Source: Eledone cirrhosa (taxonomy: Eukaryota). Taken from it: a stretch of 64,000 bases of DNA. Under the pieces are notes generated by a model, which ran no database searches, was not told where the DNA came from, and saw only the letters and a list, made by a program, of their open reading frames with translations. This document shows, piece by piece, positions 12,567-28,470 of this stretch. How positions within the stretch are numbered: the stretch's first letter is position 1; each line of letters begins with the position of its first letter. A program made the translations under genes and the position numbers. The stretch is taken from NCBI GenBank assembly GCA_964016885.1, contig OZ024747.1:68076001-68140000 (forward strand). Direction: 5' to 3'.

Positions 12567-13040
12567 CTGAAGATTTTGAGATCAGAGAAATTACCTGCCC
12601 AACATAACCTGCTCACAAATGGCTTACATTCACCTGTAATGCATTAAGAGGCTTTAATTGGCTTGGTATCAAAAGAGTTAATGGTGTATATACATATATA
12701 TACATACATACATACATATACACATGTATATACATATATATACATACATATACACATGTATATACATATATATATATACATACATACACACACACATGTA
12801 TATACATATATATATATACATACATACACACACACATGTATATACATATATATATATACATACACACATGTATATACATATATATATATACATACATACA
12901 TACATGTATATACATATATATACATACATACATATACATACATACATGTATATACATATATATACATACATACATATACACACACATGTATATACATATA
13001 TATACATACATACATATACACATGTATATACATATATATA

Positions 13041-14352
13041 CAGGGTGTTCGGGATAAATTTGACAGAATAATATTTGGTTGTTTTTTCAGATGTTTTAAA
13101 TTCATTCATGCCCACTAGGCTTTATTTGAAAGTTTAAACCCTCCTTCATTCATATATGTGATGACAACGAGAATGGATGACTGGGAGCCACCTGAATCAT
13201 GGAAGAGAATAACTTGTATCATCATGATTCGCGCCGGCCATCAAAATAAGGAGATTATGGTCGCTGCTCAATGCTCCCTGAACACTGTAAAAACAATCCG
13301 GCACGAACTGGAGAATTGCAATGGAGGCTACGAGGCTGTAGCTAGAAGAAAGAAACATAACAGAAGATCTGATTGTTCTCGCACAGCAGAATTCATCGAA
13401 AATCTGCAGAAAAAAGTGTTGGAGGACCCTGGCATCGGAATTCGGTCTTTGTCGCGTGAATTGAATGTTTCAGCCTCTACTATGAAAATTGCACTCAATG
13501 AAGACCTTCGCTACTACTCATACAAGCGTCGCAGAGGTCAACTTCTCACAGAAAAGGCCCGCGAAAATCGTCTGACAAAGGCGAAGAAACTTCTGAGCAA
13601 AGTGAAATATCCTGCTGAAGCACAAACAATCTGGTTCTTTTCCGATGAGAAAAACTTTTGCCAAGATCAAAAACACAACACGCAGAATAACAGATGGCTT
13701 GCATACAGTCCAAAGGACACTCCTCGAGTCATGCAGACTAAATTTTCCCAAACTGTCATGGTTTTTGGATGTGTGTCCTCCGAGGGTGATGTGATGCTTC
13801 CGCATTTTTTCAAACAGGGTCTCAGGTTGAATTCAGATGCCTATGTGGAATTGCTAACCACTGTAGTTAAGCCCTGGATAACAAGGGTAGCCAATAATAG
13901 GCCGTATGTATGGCAGCAGGATTCGGGCCCCTGCCAGACCTCGGGGAAAAGTCAAAAATGGTTGTCAGCCAATTTTTACGACTACACCAGTCCCAATGTT
14001 TGGCCTCCGAACTGCCCTGATCTTAACCCGATGGACTATTATGTATGGGGCGTTGTAGAGAAAGACACCAATCGCCGTGCCAGTACTACAAAAGCCCAGT
14101 TAATCGACAGAATTAAAGTAGTTTTTGAGGGCCTTCCCAGGGAAAGTGTAAAATCAGCTTGCTCCAGGTTCCGGGCCCGGGCCCGGATTGAGGCTGTAAT
14201 AGACGCTAATGTCGGTTATTTTGAGTAAAACTCTTTGACAATAGTGTAATTTCCTTGTCCATTGAATTTCTTTTAAATCAAATAAATTTTGTAGAAACCA
14301 AAGACTTTTTCTTTTTCCTGATGAAACTGTCAAATTTATCCCGAACACCCTG
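13041..14352 (+). mobile_element. Tc1/mariner superfamily DD37D (maT) DNA transposon, full length
   Basis: Perfect 26-bp TIRs CAGGGTGTTCGGGATAAATTTGACAG at 13041-13066 and 14327-14352; TA on the left, TG(TA) on the right; inside a TA/CATA array. Confidence 0.95.
13161..14228 (+). CDS. DD37D transposase (~355 aa)
   Basis: Motifs WFFSDEK, VWQQD, PDLNPMD; 37 residues between the 2nd and 3rd Asp; uninterrupted ORF, first ATG at 13161. Confidence 0.92.
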   Translation: MTTRMDDWEPPESWKRITCIIMIRAGHQNKEIMVAAQCSLNTVKTIRHELENCNGGYEAVARRKKHNRRSDCSRTAEFIENLQKKVLEDPGIGIRSLSRELNVSASTMKIALNEDLRYYSYKRRRGQLLTEKARENRLTKAKKLLSKVKYPAEAQTIWFFSDEKNFCQDQKHNTQNNRWLAYSPKDTPRVMQTKFSQTVMVFGCVSSEGDVMLPHFFKQGLRLNSDAYVELLTTVVKPWITRVANNRPYVWQQDSGPCQTSGKSQKWLSANFYDYTSPNVWPPNCPDLNPMDYYVWGVVEKDTNRRASTTKAQLIDRIKVVFEGLPRESVKSACSRFRARARIEAVIDANVGYFE

Positions 14353-14792
14353 TGTATATATATATATATATATATATACACATACATATACACATGTATA
14401 TATATATACATACATACATGTATATACACATGTATATACATACATATACATATACATACACATGTATACATATACATACATATACATACATACATACACA
14501 TGTATATACATACACATGTATATACATATATATATATATATATATATACATACATACATACATATACATATATATATATATACATACATACATACACATA
14601 TATATATATATACATACATACATATATATACACATGTATACACATATATATATATATATATACATACATATATATACACATGTATATACATATATATATA
14701 CATACATACATATATATACACATGTATATACATACATACATATATATACACATGTATATACATATATATATATACATACATATATATACATA

Positions 14793-14830
<38 letters not shown>

Positions 14831-14952
14831 CAAGTATATATATACATACATATACATACATATATATATATACATACATATACATACATATATATATATA
14901 CATACATATACATACATATATATATATACATACATATACATATATATATATA

Positions 14953-15551
14953 CATGGTGGCTGCCAACTCATTTTCGAGTACGGCCACTACTTTATATCC
15001 ATGTAGGAGAACCCCTACCGATGCGCTGAACGAGTGTGATTTTTTAGTCCAGCTAGCGACTTGAAAACTCTGGTACAAACACTACACCTGTGACAATTAT
15101 TGACACACAGTGCTGGGCCCATGGTACCATGTGATGACAAGTGCAGAGAGATCTCCAGATATAAAGCAATGCCTGTGCCGGGAAGCTTTTATAGTGAGCA
15201 AAGGCATTGCACAAAGCCAGTCCCACTCTCTTAACCAAGATGATATTTACCAAAAAGAAGAACAAGTCAACATCATTGGATACCATCAGGGTTGCAGGTG
15301 TTATATCAGAGTTTTCCTTCTCCTAGAATTCTGCCTTGACAAAGGCTAAGGGGTCATCTCTCCCGGTGATTTTGGATGGCCATTGACTCTTAAGAGCTCC
15401 TTTGCCCTTTGACAGGTTTTGTTTTTAGTCCTGCAGGATGTCCAAAGTCACCCTCCTCACCAAGAAACCTTGGTGGGGTTGCCAGTTTAGTCGCCAACGA
15501 CCCGACCATGAGACAGGTTGTACTGGGATACATGTTACCAGTAGCACCAAC
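14953..15551 (-). mobile_element. ~600-bp non-coding retroelement, copy 1 (a few nt shorter at its putative 5' end)
   Basis: Near-identical to 15567-16173 and 45123-45728; no TIRs; (TATG)n tail on the minus strand. Orientation is inferred. Confidence 0.8.
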
Positions 15552-15566
15552 ATACATACATACATA

Positions 15567-16173
15567 CATGGTGGCTGCCAACTCGTTTTCGAGTACGGCC
15601 ACTACTTTATATCCATGTAGGAGAACCCCTACCGATGCGCTGAACGAGTGTGACTTTTTAGTCCAGCCAGCGACTTGAAAACTCTGGTACAAACACTACA
15701 CTTGTGACAATTACTGACACATAGTGCTGGGCCCATGGTACCATGTGACGACAAGTGCAGAGAGATCTCTAGATATAAAGCAATGCCTGTGCCGTGAAGC
15801 TTTTATAGTGAGCAAAGGCACTGCACAAAGCCAGTCCCACTCTCTTAACCAAGATGATATTTACCAAAAAGAAGAACAAGTCAACATCATTGGATACCAT
15901 CAGGGTTGCAGGTGTTATATCAGAGTTTTCCTTCTCCTAGAATTCTGCCTTGACAAAGGCTAAGGGGTCATCTCTCCCGGTGATTTTGGATGGCCATTGA
16001 CTCTTAAGAGCTCCTTTGCCCTTTGACAGGTTTTGTTTTTAGTCCTGCAGGATGTCCAAAGTCACCCTCCTCACCAAGAAACCTTGGTGGGGTTGCCAGT
16101 TTAGTCGCCAACGACCCGACCATGGGACAGGTTGTACTGGGATACATGTTACCAGTAGCACCAACTGGTGACC
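15567..16173 (-). mobile_element. ~600-bp non-coding retroelement, copy 2 (tandem with copy 1)
   Basis: Direct repeat with a 614-bp period, separated from copy 1 by (CATA)4. Confidence 0.8.
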
Positions 16174-16176
16174 TGA

Positions 16177-16241
16177 CATACGCATACATATATATATACA
16201 TATATATATACATACATATATATATATACATATATATATAC

Positions 16242-16274
<33 letters not shown>

Positions 16275-16443
16275 CATACATATATATATACATATATATA
16301 TACATACATATATATATACATATATATATACATATATATATATACATACATATATATATACATATATATATATATATACATATATATATACATATATATA
16401 TATATACATATATATATATACATATATACATATATATATATAC

Positions 16444-16490
<47 letters not shown>

Positions 16491-16733
16491 CATACATATA
16501 TATATACATATATATATATACATACATATATATATACATATATATATATACATACATATATATATACATATATATATATACATACATATATATATACATA
16601 TATATATATACGTACATATATATATACATATATATATATACATACATATATATATACATACATATATATATACATATATATATATATACATATATATACA
16701 TATATATATATATACATATATATATACATATAC

Positions 16734-16812
<79 letters not shown>

Positions 16813-16927
16813 CATACATATATATATACATATATATATACATACATATATATATACATATATATATATATATACATATATATATACATATATATACATA
16901 TACACATACATATACATATATATATAC

Positions 16928-16958
<31 letters not shown>

Positions 16959-17185
16959 CATATATATATATACATATATACATATACATACATATATATA
17001 TATACATATATATACATATATATATATACATATATATACATATATACATATACATATATATACATATATATATATACATATATATACATATATATATACA
17101 TATATATATATACATACATATATACATATATATATACATATACATATATATACATATATATACACATATATACACACATATACAC

Positions 17186-17216
<31 letters not shown>

Positions 17217-17233
17217 CATATATACATATACAT

Positions 17234-17266
<33 letters not shown>

Positions 17267-17267
17267 C

Positions 17268-17366
<99 letters not shown>

Positions 17367-17413
17367 CATATATACATATATACATATATATACATATATA
17401 TATATATATATAC

Positions 17414-17498
<85 letters not shown>

Positions 17499-17527
17499 CA
17501 TATTTATATATATACATATATATATAC

Positions 17528-17617
<90 letters not shown>

Positions 17618-17699
17618 GTATACATATACATATATATACATATATACATATATATATATACATATATATATACATATATATATATACATATATATATAC

Positions 17700-17748
<49 letters not shown>

Positions 17749-17885
17749 CATATATATATACATATATATATACATACATATACACATATATATACATATA
17801 TATATATACATACATATACACATATATATACATATATATATATACATATATATATATACATATATATATATACATATATATATAC

Positions 17886-17922
<37 letters not shown>

Positions 17923-17967
17923 CATATATATATACATATATATATACATATATACATATATATATAC

Positions 17968-18000
<33 letters not shown>

Positions 18001-18183
18001 CATATATATATACATATATATATACATATATATATACATACATATATATATATATATATACATATATATATACATATATATATACATATACATATATATA
18101 TACATATATATATACATATATATATATACATATATATATATACATATATATATACATATATATATATATACATATATATATAC

Positions 18184-18234
<51 letters not shown>

Positions 18235-18277
18235 CATATATATACATATACATATATACATATACATATATATATAC

Positions 18278-18309
<32 letters not shown>

Positions 18310-18361
18310 ATACATATACATATACATATACATATATATATACATATACATATATATATAC

Positions 18362-18392
<31 letters not shown>

Positions 18393-18405
18393 CATATATA
18401 TATAC

Positions 18406-18444
<39 letters not shown>

Positions 18445-18604
18445 CATATATATATACATATATATATACATATATATATACATATACATATATATATACA
18501 TATACATATATACATATATATATACATATATATATATATATACATATATATATACATATACATATACATATACATATATATATACATATACATATACATA
18601 TACA

Positions 18605-18674
<70 letters not shown>

Positions 18675-18685
18675 CATATATATAT

Positions 18686-18733
<48 letters not shown>

Positions 18734-18735
18734 GC

Positions 18736-18766
<31 letters not shown>

Positions 18767-18775
18767 TGCATATAC

Positions 18776-18835
<60 letters not shown>

Positions 18836-18955
18836 ATGCATATACATATATACATATACATATATATATGCATATACATATATACATATACATATATATA
18901 TGCATATACATATATACATATACATATATATATGCATATACATATATACATATAC

Positions 18956-18995
<40 letters not shown>

Positions 18996-19019
18996 ATACA
19001 TATATATACATATATATAC

Positions 19020-19102
<83 letters not shown>

Positions 19103-19332
19103 CATATAGATATATATATATATATACATATACATATAAATATATATATATATACATATACATATATACACATACACACATATACATACATATATATATA
19201 TATATACACATATATATATACATACATGTATGTATATGTGTATATGTATGTATATATATATGTGTGTATATATATATATATGTATATATATATATGTATA
19301 TACATATATATGTATATATATATATATATGTG

Positions 19333-19381
<49 letters not shown>

Positions 19382-19654
19382 GTATATATATATATATGTA
19401 TATATATATATGTATGTATATATGTATGTATATATGTATGTATATGTATATATGTATGTATATATGTATTTATATATGTATGTATATATGTATGTATATG
19501 TATATATGTATGTATATATGTATGTATATATGTATGTATATATATATATGTATGTATATATATATATATATATATCTATGTATATATGTATGTATATATA
19601 TATATGTATGTATATATATATATGTATGTATATGTATATATGTATGTACATACA

Positions 19655-19684
<30 letters not shown>
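16177..19684. repeat. Giant (TA)n/(CATATA)n array with a TATG-polarity block at ~19228-19648
   Basis: Directly visible. Confidence 0.97.
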
Positions 19685-19686
<2 letters not shown>

Positions 19687-22600
19687 AAATAAATACAAAA
19701 TATTAGTGAATAGACGAACTCATCATGGCAAAAAGTACAAGTCTCCTTCGACCAAATCGCAATTACAACCGTTGTATACAGTGGAGCTACGAGCTTAACA
19801 AAGAATTATATGAAGCATACAAACAATCTGAACCCCAAAAGTTCGGTTTTATGCAAAGGCTAAAAACTTTATGGAATTCCAAACACCCAGAATTAGACTT
19901 TTCTCCAAAGCATCTAAATGAACAGGCAAAACGTATCATTAGATGTAAATTGATACATTTAACGGAATCGAGTGATACTACAAATTCAGCCCTTGTAGAC
20001 AACCACCCCACCTCCACTGACAGACAAAGAGAATGGCCAGCTAAATCTAACAGTGAACAGCTCACCAACAATTTTGCTGAAATTCATCCCACTTCCACTG
20101 AAGAACAGCGAAAAAGGTCAGCTGACTCTAGTAGTAATTGTCACCACATCAACAACGAGGCTGAAATTCATGACTCTACTGAACAAACAGAGCACCAAAA
20201 ACTTGTGGGCACCCTACAAGTGATATGGAACGATATGTTTCAAGAGATACACAGCCTTAATGTGAGTGACAGACCATACAACACTAGAGTCAGTAAAGAA
20301 CCCAGTAAATTGGAATTGGAAGCGGTGAACGAAATAGCTGGCAGTTATCTGAAGGCTATACGATCTAAAGGTGTAGAAACGACATTTGAAACGCTCAATG
20401 TTTTGTTATATGTTTCAGCTGTCACATTGCTAGCATATAACACACATCTAAAACCACACAATCAAGATACAAACAGAAAGCCTGAACCAGCGTGGATGCG
20501 AAATTTAAAAAGCAAAATTTTGTCCATGAGACGAAGTATCTCACACATCGCAGTCGTTATGAAATGCAACATAGAGAGAAACTTCACACGACACCAGGAA
20601 GACCTAAAGAAAAAGTTAGAGAGACGATTTGGAGATACCAAATTTAAAACTTTGAACTCCAAATTACACCAGTTGAAACAACAACTCACAGCTACAACAG
20701 AAAGACTAAAATATAAGTCAACAGCCCATAAACGACAAGTGCTAAATAGATTGTTTGCCAGAGATCCTAAATCAGTTTATCGCAGCTTCGGTGGCAAAAG
20801 CTCAATCCCTGTAAACGACACCCCTTCAAAAGAACAGGTTGAGAACTACTGGAGATCTGTATGGGAAACGGATGACGGATTCAACAGACAAGCTAATTGG
20901 CTAAAAGAACTGGAACAGGACTACTGCCAACATGTCCAGACAAAACAATATGACATAGATGGGTCAATACTGGAAACAGCTCTACAGAAAATGTCGAATA
21001 GGAAATCGCCAGGCCCAGACCTCATTACAGGATACTGGTTGAAGAATTTCACTTTCTATCGGCAAGATCTCATACGGCTGTTTACAGAAACCATTAAGGG
21101 CACACAAGAACTGCCCAGATGGTTATCAACTGCCACTACTCTCCTCATTCCCAAAAATAGCCAAACCACCCTTGCTAAAAATTACCACCCAATTGCCTGC
21201 CAAAACATCATGTATAAATTATATACTGGGTGCCTTAACCTGTTCTTACAGGATCACTGTGCTACCAACAACATCATAACACCTGAGCAAGCTGGTGGAA
21301 AGAGGGAGGTGTGGGGTTGCATAGATCACCTACTAACTAACAAAATGATTCAGGAAAAAACAACAAAGAATCGCAGAAACATGACTGTCGTGTGGCTGGA
21401 CTATCAAAAAGCATTTGATAGTGTACCTCATGGGTGGATTATTAAGGCTTTATAGTTAGCTAAAGTCCCACAACCATTAGTAGCTGCTGTTGAACGCCTG
21501 ACCAAGAACTGGTACACCAATTTGATCCTTAGAGGTGAGAAGGAGCAGGTTAAGACTGATAGGATACATTACCAGAAGGGCATCTTTCAGGGTGATAGCT
21601 TGTCAGTACTACACTTCGTTCTCTCACTGAATCCACTATCTTACCTACTCAGGAAACAAGGTGGACAAAGAAGTGGGCCCAGAAGTATCTCCCATCTTTT
21701 CTTTGTTGATGACCTGAAGTTGTATGGGCCAAATATCAATGACATCAAGAAACAATTGGACCTCATTACACAATTTTCAACCGACATCAAAATGAAATTT
21801 GGTGAGTCCAAGTGTGCATATTTGGCAGTAAAACGTGGAAGAGCTGTGCCCTCCTCTAGAAATCTAGAGATGAACGGCCTGACAATACAACCTCTGCAGT
21901 CAGGTGACAACTACAGATATCTTGGACAGGATGAGAATGTCAGATATGATGGACCCATAAATAAGGAGAGAACCAGAACTGAATACCTCAGAAGAGAAAA
22001 AAAAATATGGTCATCAGAACTGTCAGCATACAACAAATACATTGCCCACAATACCTATGCTGTGCCAATTCTAACGCCAACATTTGGCCTACTGAACTGG
22101 TCATTGCAAGAACTAAGTGAGATGGATGTTAGAACTCGAAAACTTCTCAGTGTTACTGGGAACTTTAACATCAATGGTGATGTGGATAGGCTATACTTCT
22201 CACGCAAGGAAGGTGGCCGGGGTCTAAAATCAATATTAACAACATATGAGACCCGGATAGTAACACTGAAGCAACACCTTCAACAGAGGAAAAAGGTTGG
22301 CGACCATCTTGCTCAGGTTTATGAGCATGAAAAAAGAAATATCATTAGAATAGCGACTGATCTGGAGGAGAAATATGGAATAAAGCCTGATATAAATCTC
22401 TCACCCAGAGAAATCGGAAGATCCTATTCAATGTTCAAACAAGAAAAAAAAATTGACCAATTTACAGAGAAAGTTGTGCATGGATACTTGAGGCGTAAAA
22501 CACAGACCATAGAGGGGATAAACCACTCAAAAAGCCTGGCATGGAGTTCCGACAAGTTTATGACATCACACCTTGAGGGATATCTCTATGCAATACAGGA

Positions 22601-23314
22601 ACAAGAACTCCCTACCAAATATCTGCTGCACAAAAGAGGAGGGCCAGCAGCTGACAATAAATGTAGGCTATGTAAAACAAAGATCGAGGATGTAAGCCAC
22701 ATTGTTGCCAGCTGCGAAAGAATATCATCTCGCTACTACCTCCCCATGAGACACGATGGGATAGCTAGAACTATCTGGAACGCACTTCGGAAAACAAAAT
22801 TAACAACAAACGAGGAAGAATATATTGAGACAGATGGCACTAAGGAATACTGGTGGAACCTGAAAATAAAAACTGCCACCAAATTAAAGCACAACCGGCC
22901 TGATATTGTAGTTTGGGACCACACATTGAAAACGTGTTCTGTTGTGGAGATCAGCTGCCCACTTGATGTAAACGTTGTCAGAAAAATACAGGAGAAGGAG
23001 GACATCTACGGACCATTGATGAGGAGCTTACAAATCCAGTATCCAAGATACACCTTTAGCTTCATACCCATCATTATTGGTGCTACGGGTTATATACCAA
23101 CCCGCTTGGACCAAAGTATGACCGAACTTGGATTTGCGGACAAAAAGCGCAGCTCCCTAATTCATAGTCTACAAATGGCTGCGATAGCTGGCACCTTCAA
23201 AATATGCAAAACATTCTTGCGATTCAAGGGATGACAATTTCTTTTCTTTTACAACCTTGCCACCAGGAAGGTGGCCGGTCAAAAAAATATACTCGAAATT
23301 AAGAGAAAGAGAAA

Positions 23315-23315
<1 letters not shown>
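19685..23315 (+). mobile_element. R4/Dong-clade non-LTR retrotransposon (RT + restriction-like endonuclease), near full length
   Basis: RT motifs DYQKAFDSVPH, GIFQGDSLS, HLFFVDDLKL, YRYLG; CCHC CRLC...HIVASC; RHD; NRPDIVVWD...VEISCP; flanked by (CATA)9 and (CATA)7. Confidence 0.9.
19725..23234 (+). pseudogene. Single ~1169-codon RT-RLE ORF interrupted by one in-frame TAG at 21453-21455
   Basis: ORFs 19725..21455 and 21522..23234 are in the same frame, and the 22 codons between them are open (LAKVPQPLVAAVERLTKNWYTN). Confidence 0.9.
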
Positions 23316-23346
<31 letters not shown>

Positions 23347-23601
23347 GTACTAACACAGAATCATAATCCCAGGCAACGCCTCTGTTCAGAAATAACCAGA
23401 TTATATACAGTGCCCCACTTCATCTTTTAAACATGTATCTCTCCTCAAATTTCAGCTCTTGTCATGTCTGAGAATATATTTCAAACCAAAATATTCAAGT
23501 TTTGACAAACAATAATTTCAATGTAAACAATATATCTCAATAATCCTATCTAAGAGATTGATGTATTTTATTTTACGTCTTAAGTCCCTAATGTGTGAAG
23601 G

Positions 23602-24160
23602 AAGGACTGCAGCATAATGGTTAGGGTTTGGGTCTCATGATCATAATGTCTTAGGTTCAATTCCTGGACTAGATGACATGTTCTTGAGCAAAACACTTCA
23701 TCTTTATGCTGCTCTAGTTAACTCAGCTGAAAATGAGTACCAGCAGCAGCTGGGAGTTAAACCTGCAATGGACTGGTATCCGGTCCAGAGAAGATTTTTG
23801 TACTCTTAGCTACTTAACAATAATGAAACTGTCTAACACACGTGGACATGCCCACAAAGTAAGAAAACAGCACAGTTCCCATGACTTTCGGAAACATTTT
23901 TTCACGCTCAGAGTTGCTGAAGCATGGAACAAACTACCTGCATCAGTTGTTAGCTGTCGAGACACTGCATCCTTTAAGGCATCCATGCTTCCCGAGATCC
24001 GCCAACACTACAGCTAACACATACACACATGTACTTCCCTGACATTTGTGTATTATTCTATGTACTATATTGACGAGTTGTAGTGCACCTGAGCACTTTA
24101 CACAATAATTTCATTATTATTATTATTATAATCTCTAGCCTGATGGCCCCTTAGGCTTTG
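23602..24160 (+). mobile_element. Old tRNA/Meta-like SINE interrupted by a CR1-like 3' fragment (~23820-24129)
   Basis: ggttcaattcc B box and ttgagcaaaacactt core; insert encodes TRGHAHKV...RKHFFTLRVAEAWNKLP (CR1 C-terminus) with an (ATT)n tail. Confidence 0.7.
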
Positions 24161-24549
24161 AACAGTCCTTTCTTTTTTAGTCCAAAAAGAAAAGGGCAGT
24201 ACCCATGATCCTTTTCAGGACTTCCAAAACTGGTGGGAAGAGGGAAAAAAGTATCTTCAAACAATGCTTGTACACCACTAAAACCAATAACAGGGTGGTG
24301 ATGTTAATCCAGGCGATGGATTTAATCCTTAAAACCAATCCAACCTCAAACCACCTCAAGTTCTATAATACAAAACCACTTCTCTCAAAGGGCTTCAGTT
24401 TAAATTAAAACTTTTCAAAATCATTTTCTACGAGAACCTATTATTAATTAAAATAATATCTTAATGAAATAATAATTTCAGTAAATCCCTACAAATTCTT
24501 CATACATTCAAATTCAGTGTGTTTCATTAGAAATATGGGAATGAAAGGA

Positions 24550-24776
24550 TTAACACCCGATACCAAACTGCCTGAAACTGACCCTGGTTCTATGTTATAA
24601 AACTCTTTGTTTAAAGTGTTTATAAAAAGCTTCCAACATAATGTTATATAAGAACCTATGATAGGTTATTTTCCAAATACCAGTTTAATAATGAAAGAGT
24701 TAGTTTACTAAATGAATCTATATTTGGATTTTATATGCAGTGTATTTCATTAGAAATAGAATAATGAAAGGGTTAA
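24550..24776. mobile_element. Degenerate TTAA-bounded MITE (piggyBac-like ends); related pieces at 24350-24553, ~7191-8068, ~10270-10352
   Basis: ttaac... to ...aaagggttaa ends; shared ggtatcaaaagggtt / ctgcctgaaactg motifs. Confidence 0.4.
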
Positions 24777-25010
24777 AGATTTTAACAAGATATAAATTTT
24801 AATTTTCATTGTGCAGAGTTGCTTTTTTTTTTTCTTGGCTCTTGATGTAAAGAAATGTAATCTGGGTGGTTGACGTGTAGATGACATGTATATAGCAGAG
24901 GATTATGGCATGCAGTGAAGTGTGGCAGAATTTCAATTCTTAGTGAAGTAAAAATCTACAGGAGTGCTAAGTTTCGATTCCAAACTGGAATATAATCACT
25001 CATATACATA

Positions 25011-25084
<74 letters not shown>

Positions 25085-25121
25085 TATATACATATATATA
25101 TATATATACATATATATATAC

Positions 25122-25160
<39 letters not shown>

Positions 25161-25172
25161 CATATATATACA

Positions 25173-25214
<42 letters not shown>

Positions 25215-25237
25215 CATATATATATACATATATATAC

Positions 25238-25314
<77 letters not shown>

Positions 25315-25388
25315 CATATATATATAAAATATTAAAAAAATAATGAATAAAACAATGAAACAGTTCCTTATATTAAACAAAAAAAGTT

Positions 25389-25539
25389 CATTATTTAACG
25401 ATCGTTTCTAGGATATATATGTGTTAGAATTGGCATGCATATTCAACAGATCTATGTACAAAATTATACAAAATTATACAAACTATCAAAATTAAATATA
25501 CATACCCAACACATATATATGCCGTCTTCAGAAATAATG
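25389..25539 (-). ncRNA. Type I hammerhead ribozyme with extended stem II (3' pseudo-LTR of the minus-strand Penelope-like element)
   Basis: Minus strand: CAUUAUUU-CUGAAGA-[stem II incl. 13-bp AUAUAUAUGUGUU/AACACAUAUAUAU]-GAAA-CGAUCG-UU^AAAUAAUG. Perfect 8-bp stem I, palindromic stem/loop III. Confidence 0.85.
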
Positions 25540-26143
25540 AAATATATTTATTGATAATAACAACAATTCAAAATTTCAGGTCCGTTTGGGAACAGAGTTC
25601 AAATTGACCAATGAGAATACAAAAAATTTTATGCAGTTTGGTGTGTGTATATACATGTAATTAACTTCGTACACATATTTACATAAAGATATATGTTCAC
25701 ATGCATACGCATGCCAAAAAGATGTATGCAAATACAAAAATTCAAGGCTAATGTCTCTGTAAGTCTATAATCCACAGATAAAATGCGTATAGACACATAA
25801 ATATGAAATAAATGTATACACACATTCATATACTCACACATATTCGTACACTCACACACACACGCGCGTATATGCATAAACATACACATAACTACGAACA
25901 TACATACACACACCCACCCCCACACACATATATATGTGCATATAGTATTATCATAAGCATATGGACATTAATGCACGCACATAAACACTGCCACACATAT
26001 TTAGATCAGGATACAGATATTAGGTGGGAGGGGGGAGAGGTCAGTATTCAACGGTTTCGGCAGACTGCCTATTTATAGATGTATCTATAAACTTAGAAAT
26101 AAAAAGAAAAGAAAAAGAAAAAAGAAAAAAGAAATATATCAAG

Positions 26144-28470
<2,327 letters not shown>

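Noticed and set aside
12595-12634. Candidate exon just upstream of 12566
   Set aside because: The implied intron would be only ~28 nt.
15110-15963. Repeated 79-aa ORF MLGPWYHV... in the 600-bp element
   Set aside because: GTG start, no recognisable domain, and conserved only because the copies are recent.
16050-16173. Complete HDV ribozyme using GGUCACC/GGUGACU as P1
   Set aside because: A 7-bp P1 with G-U is possible, but no P3/L3 or P1.1 fits that register; kept only as a partial hint in the findings.
21453-21455. Programmed stop-codon readthrough in the R4 element
   Set aside because: The TAG falls inside the RT domain of a normally single-ORF clade; a point mutation is simpler unless other copies share it.
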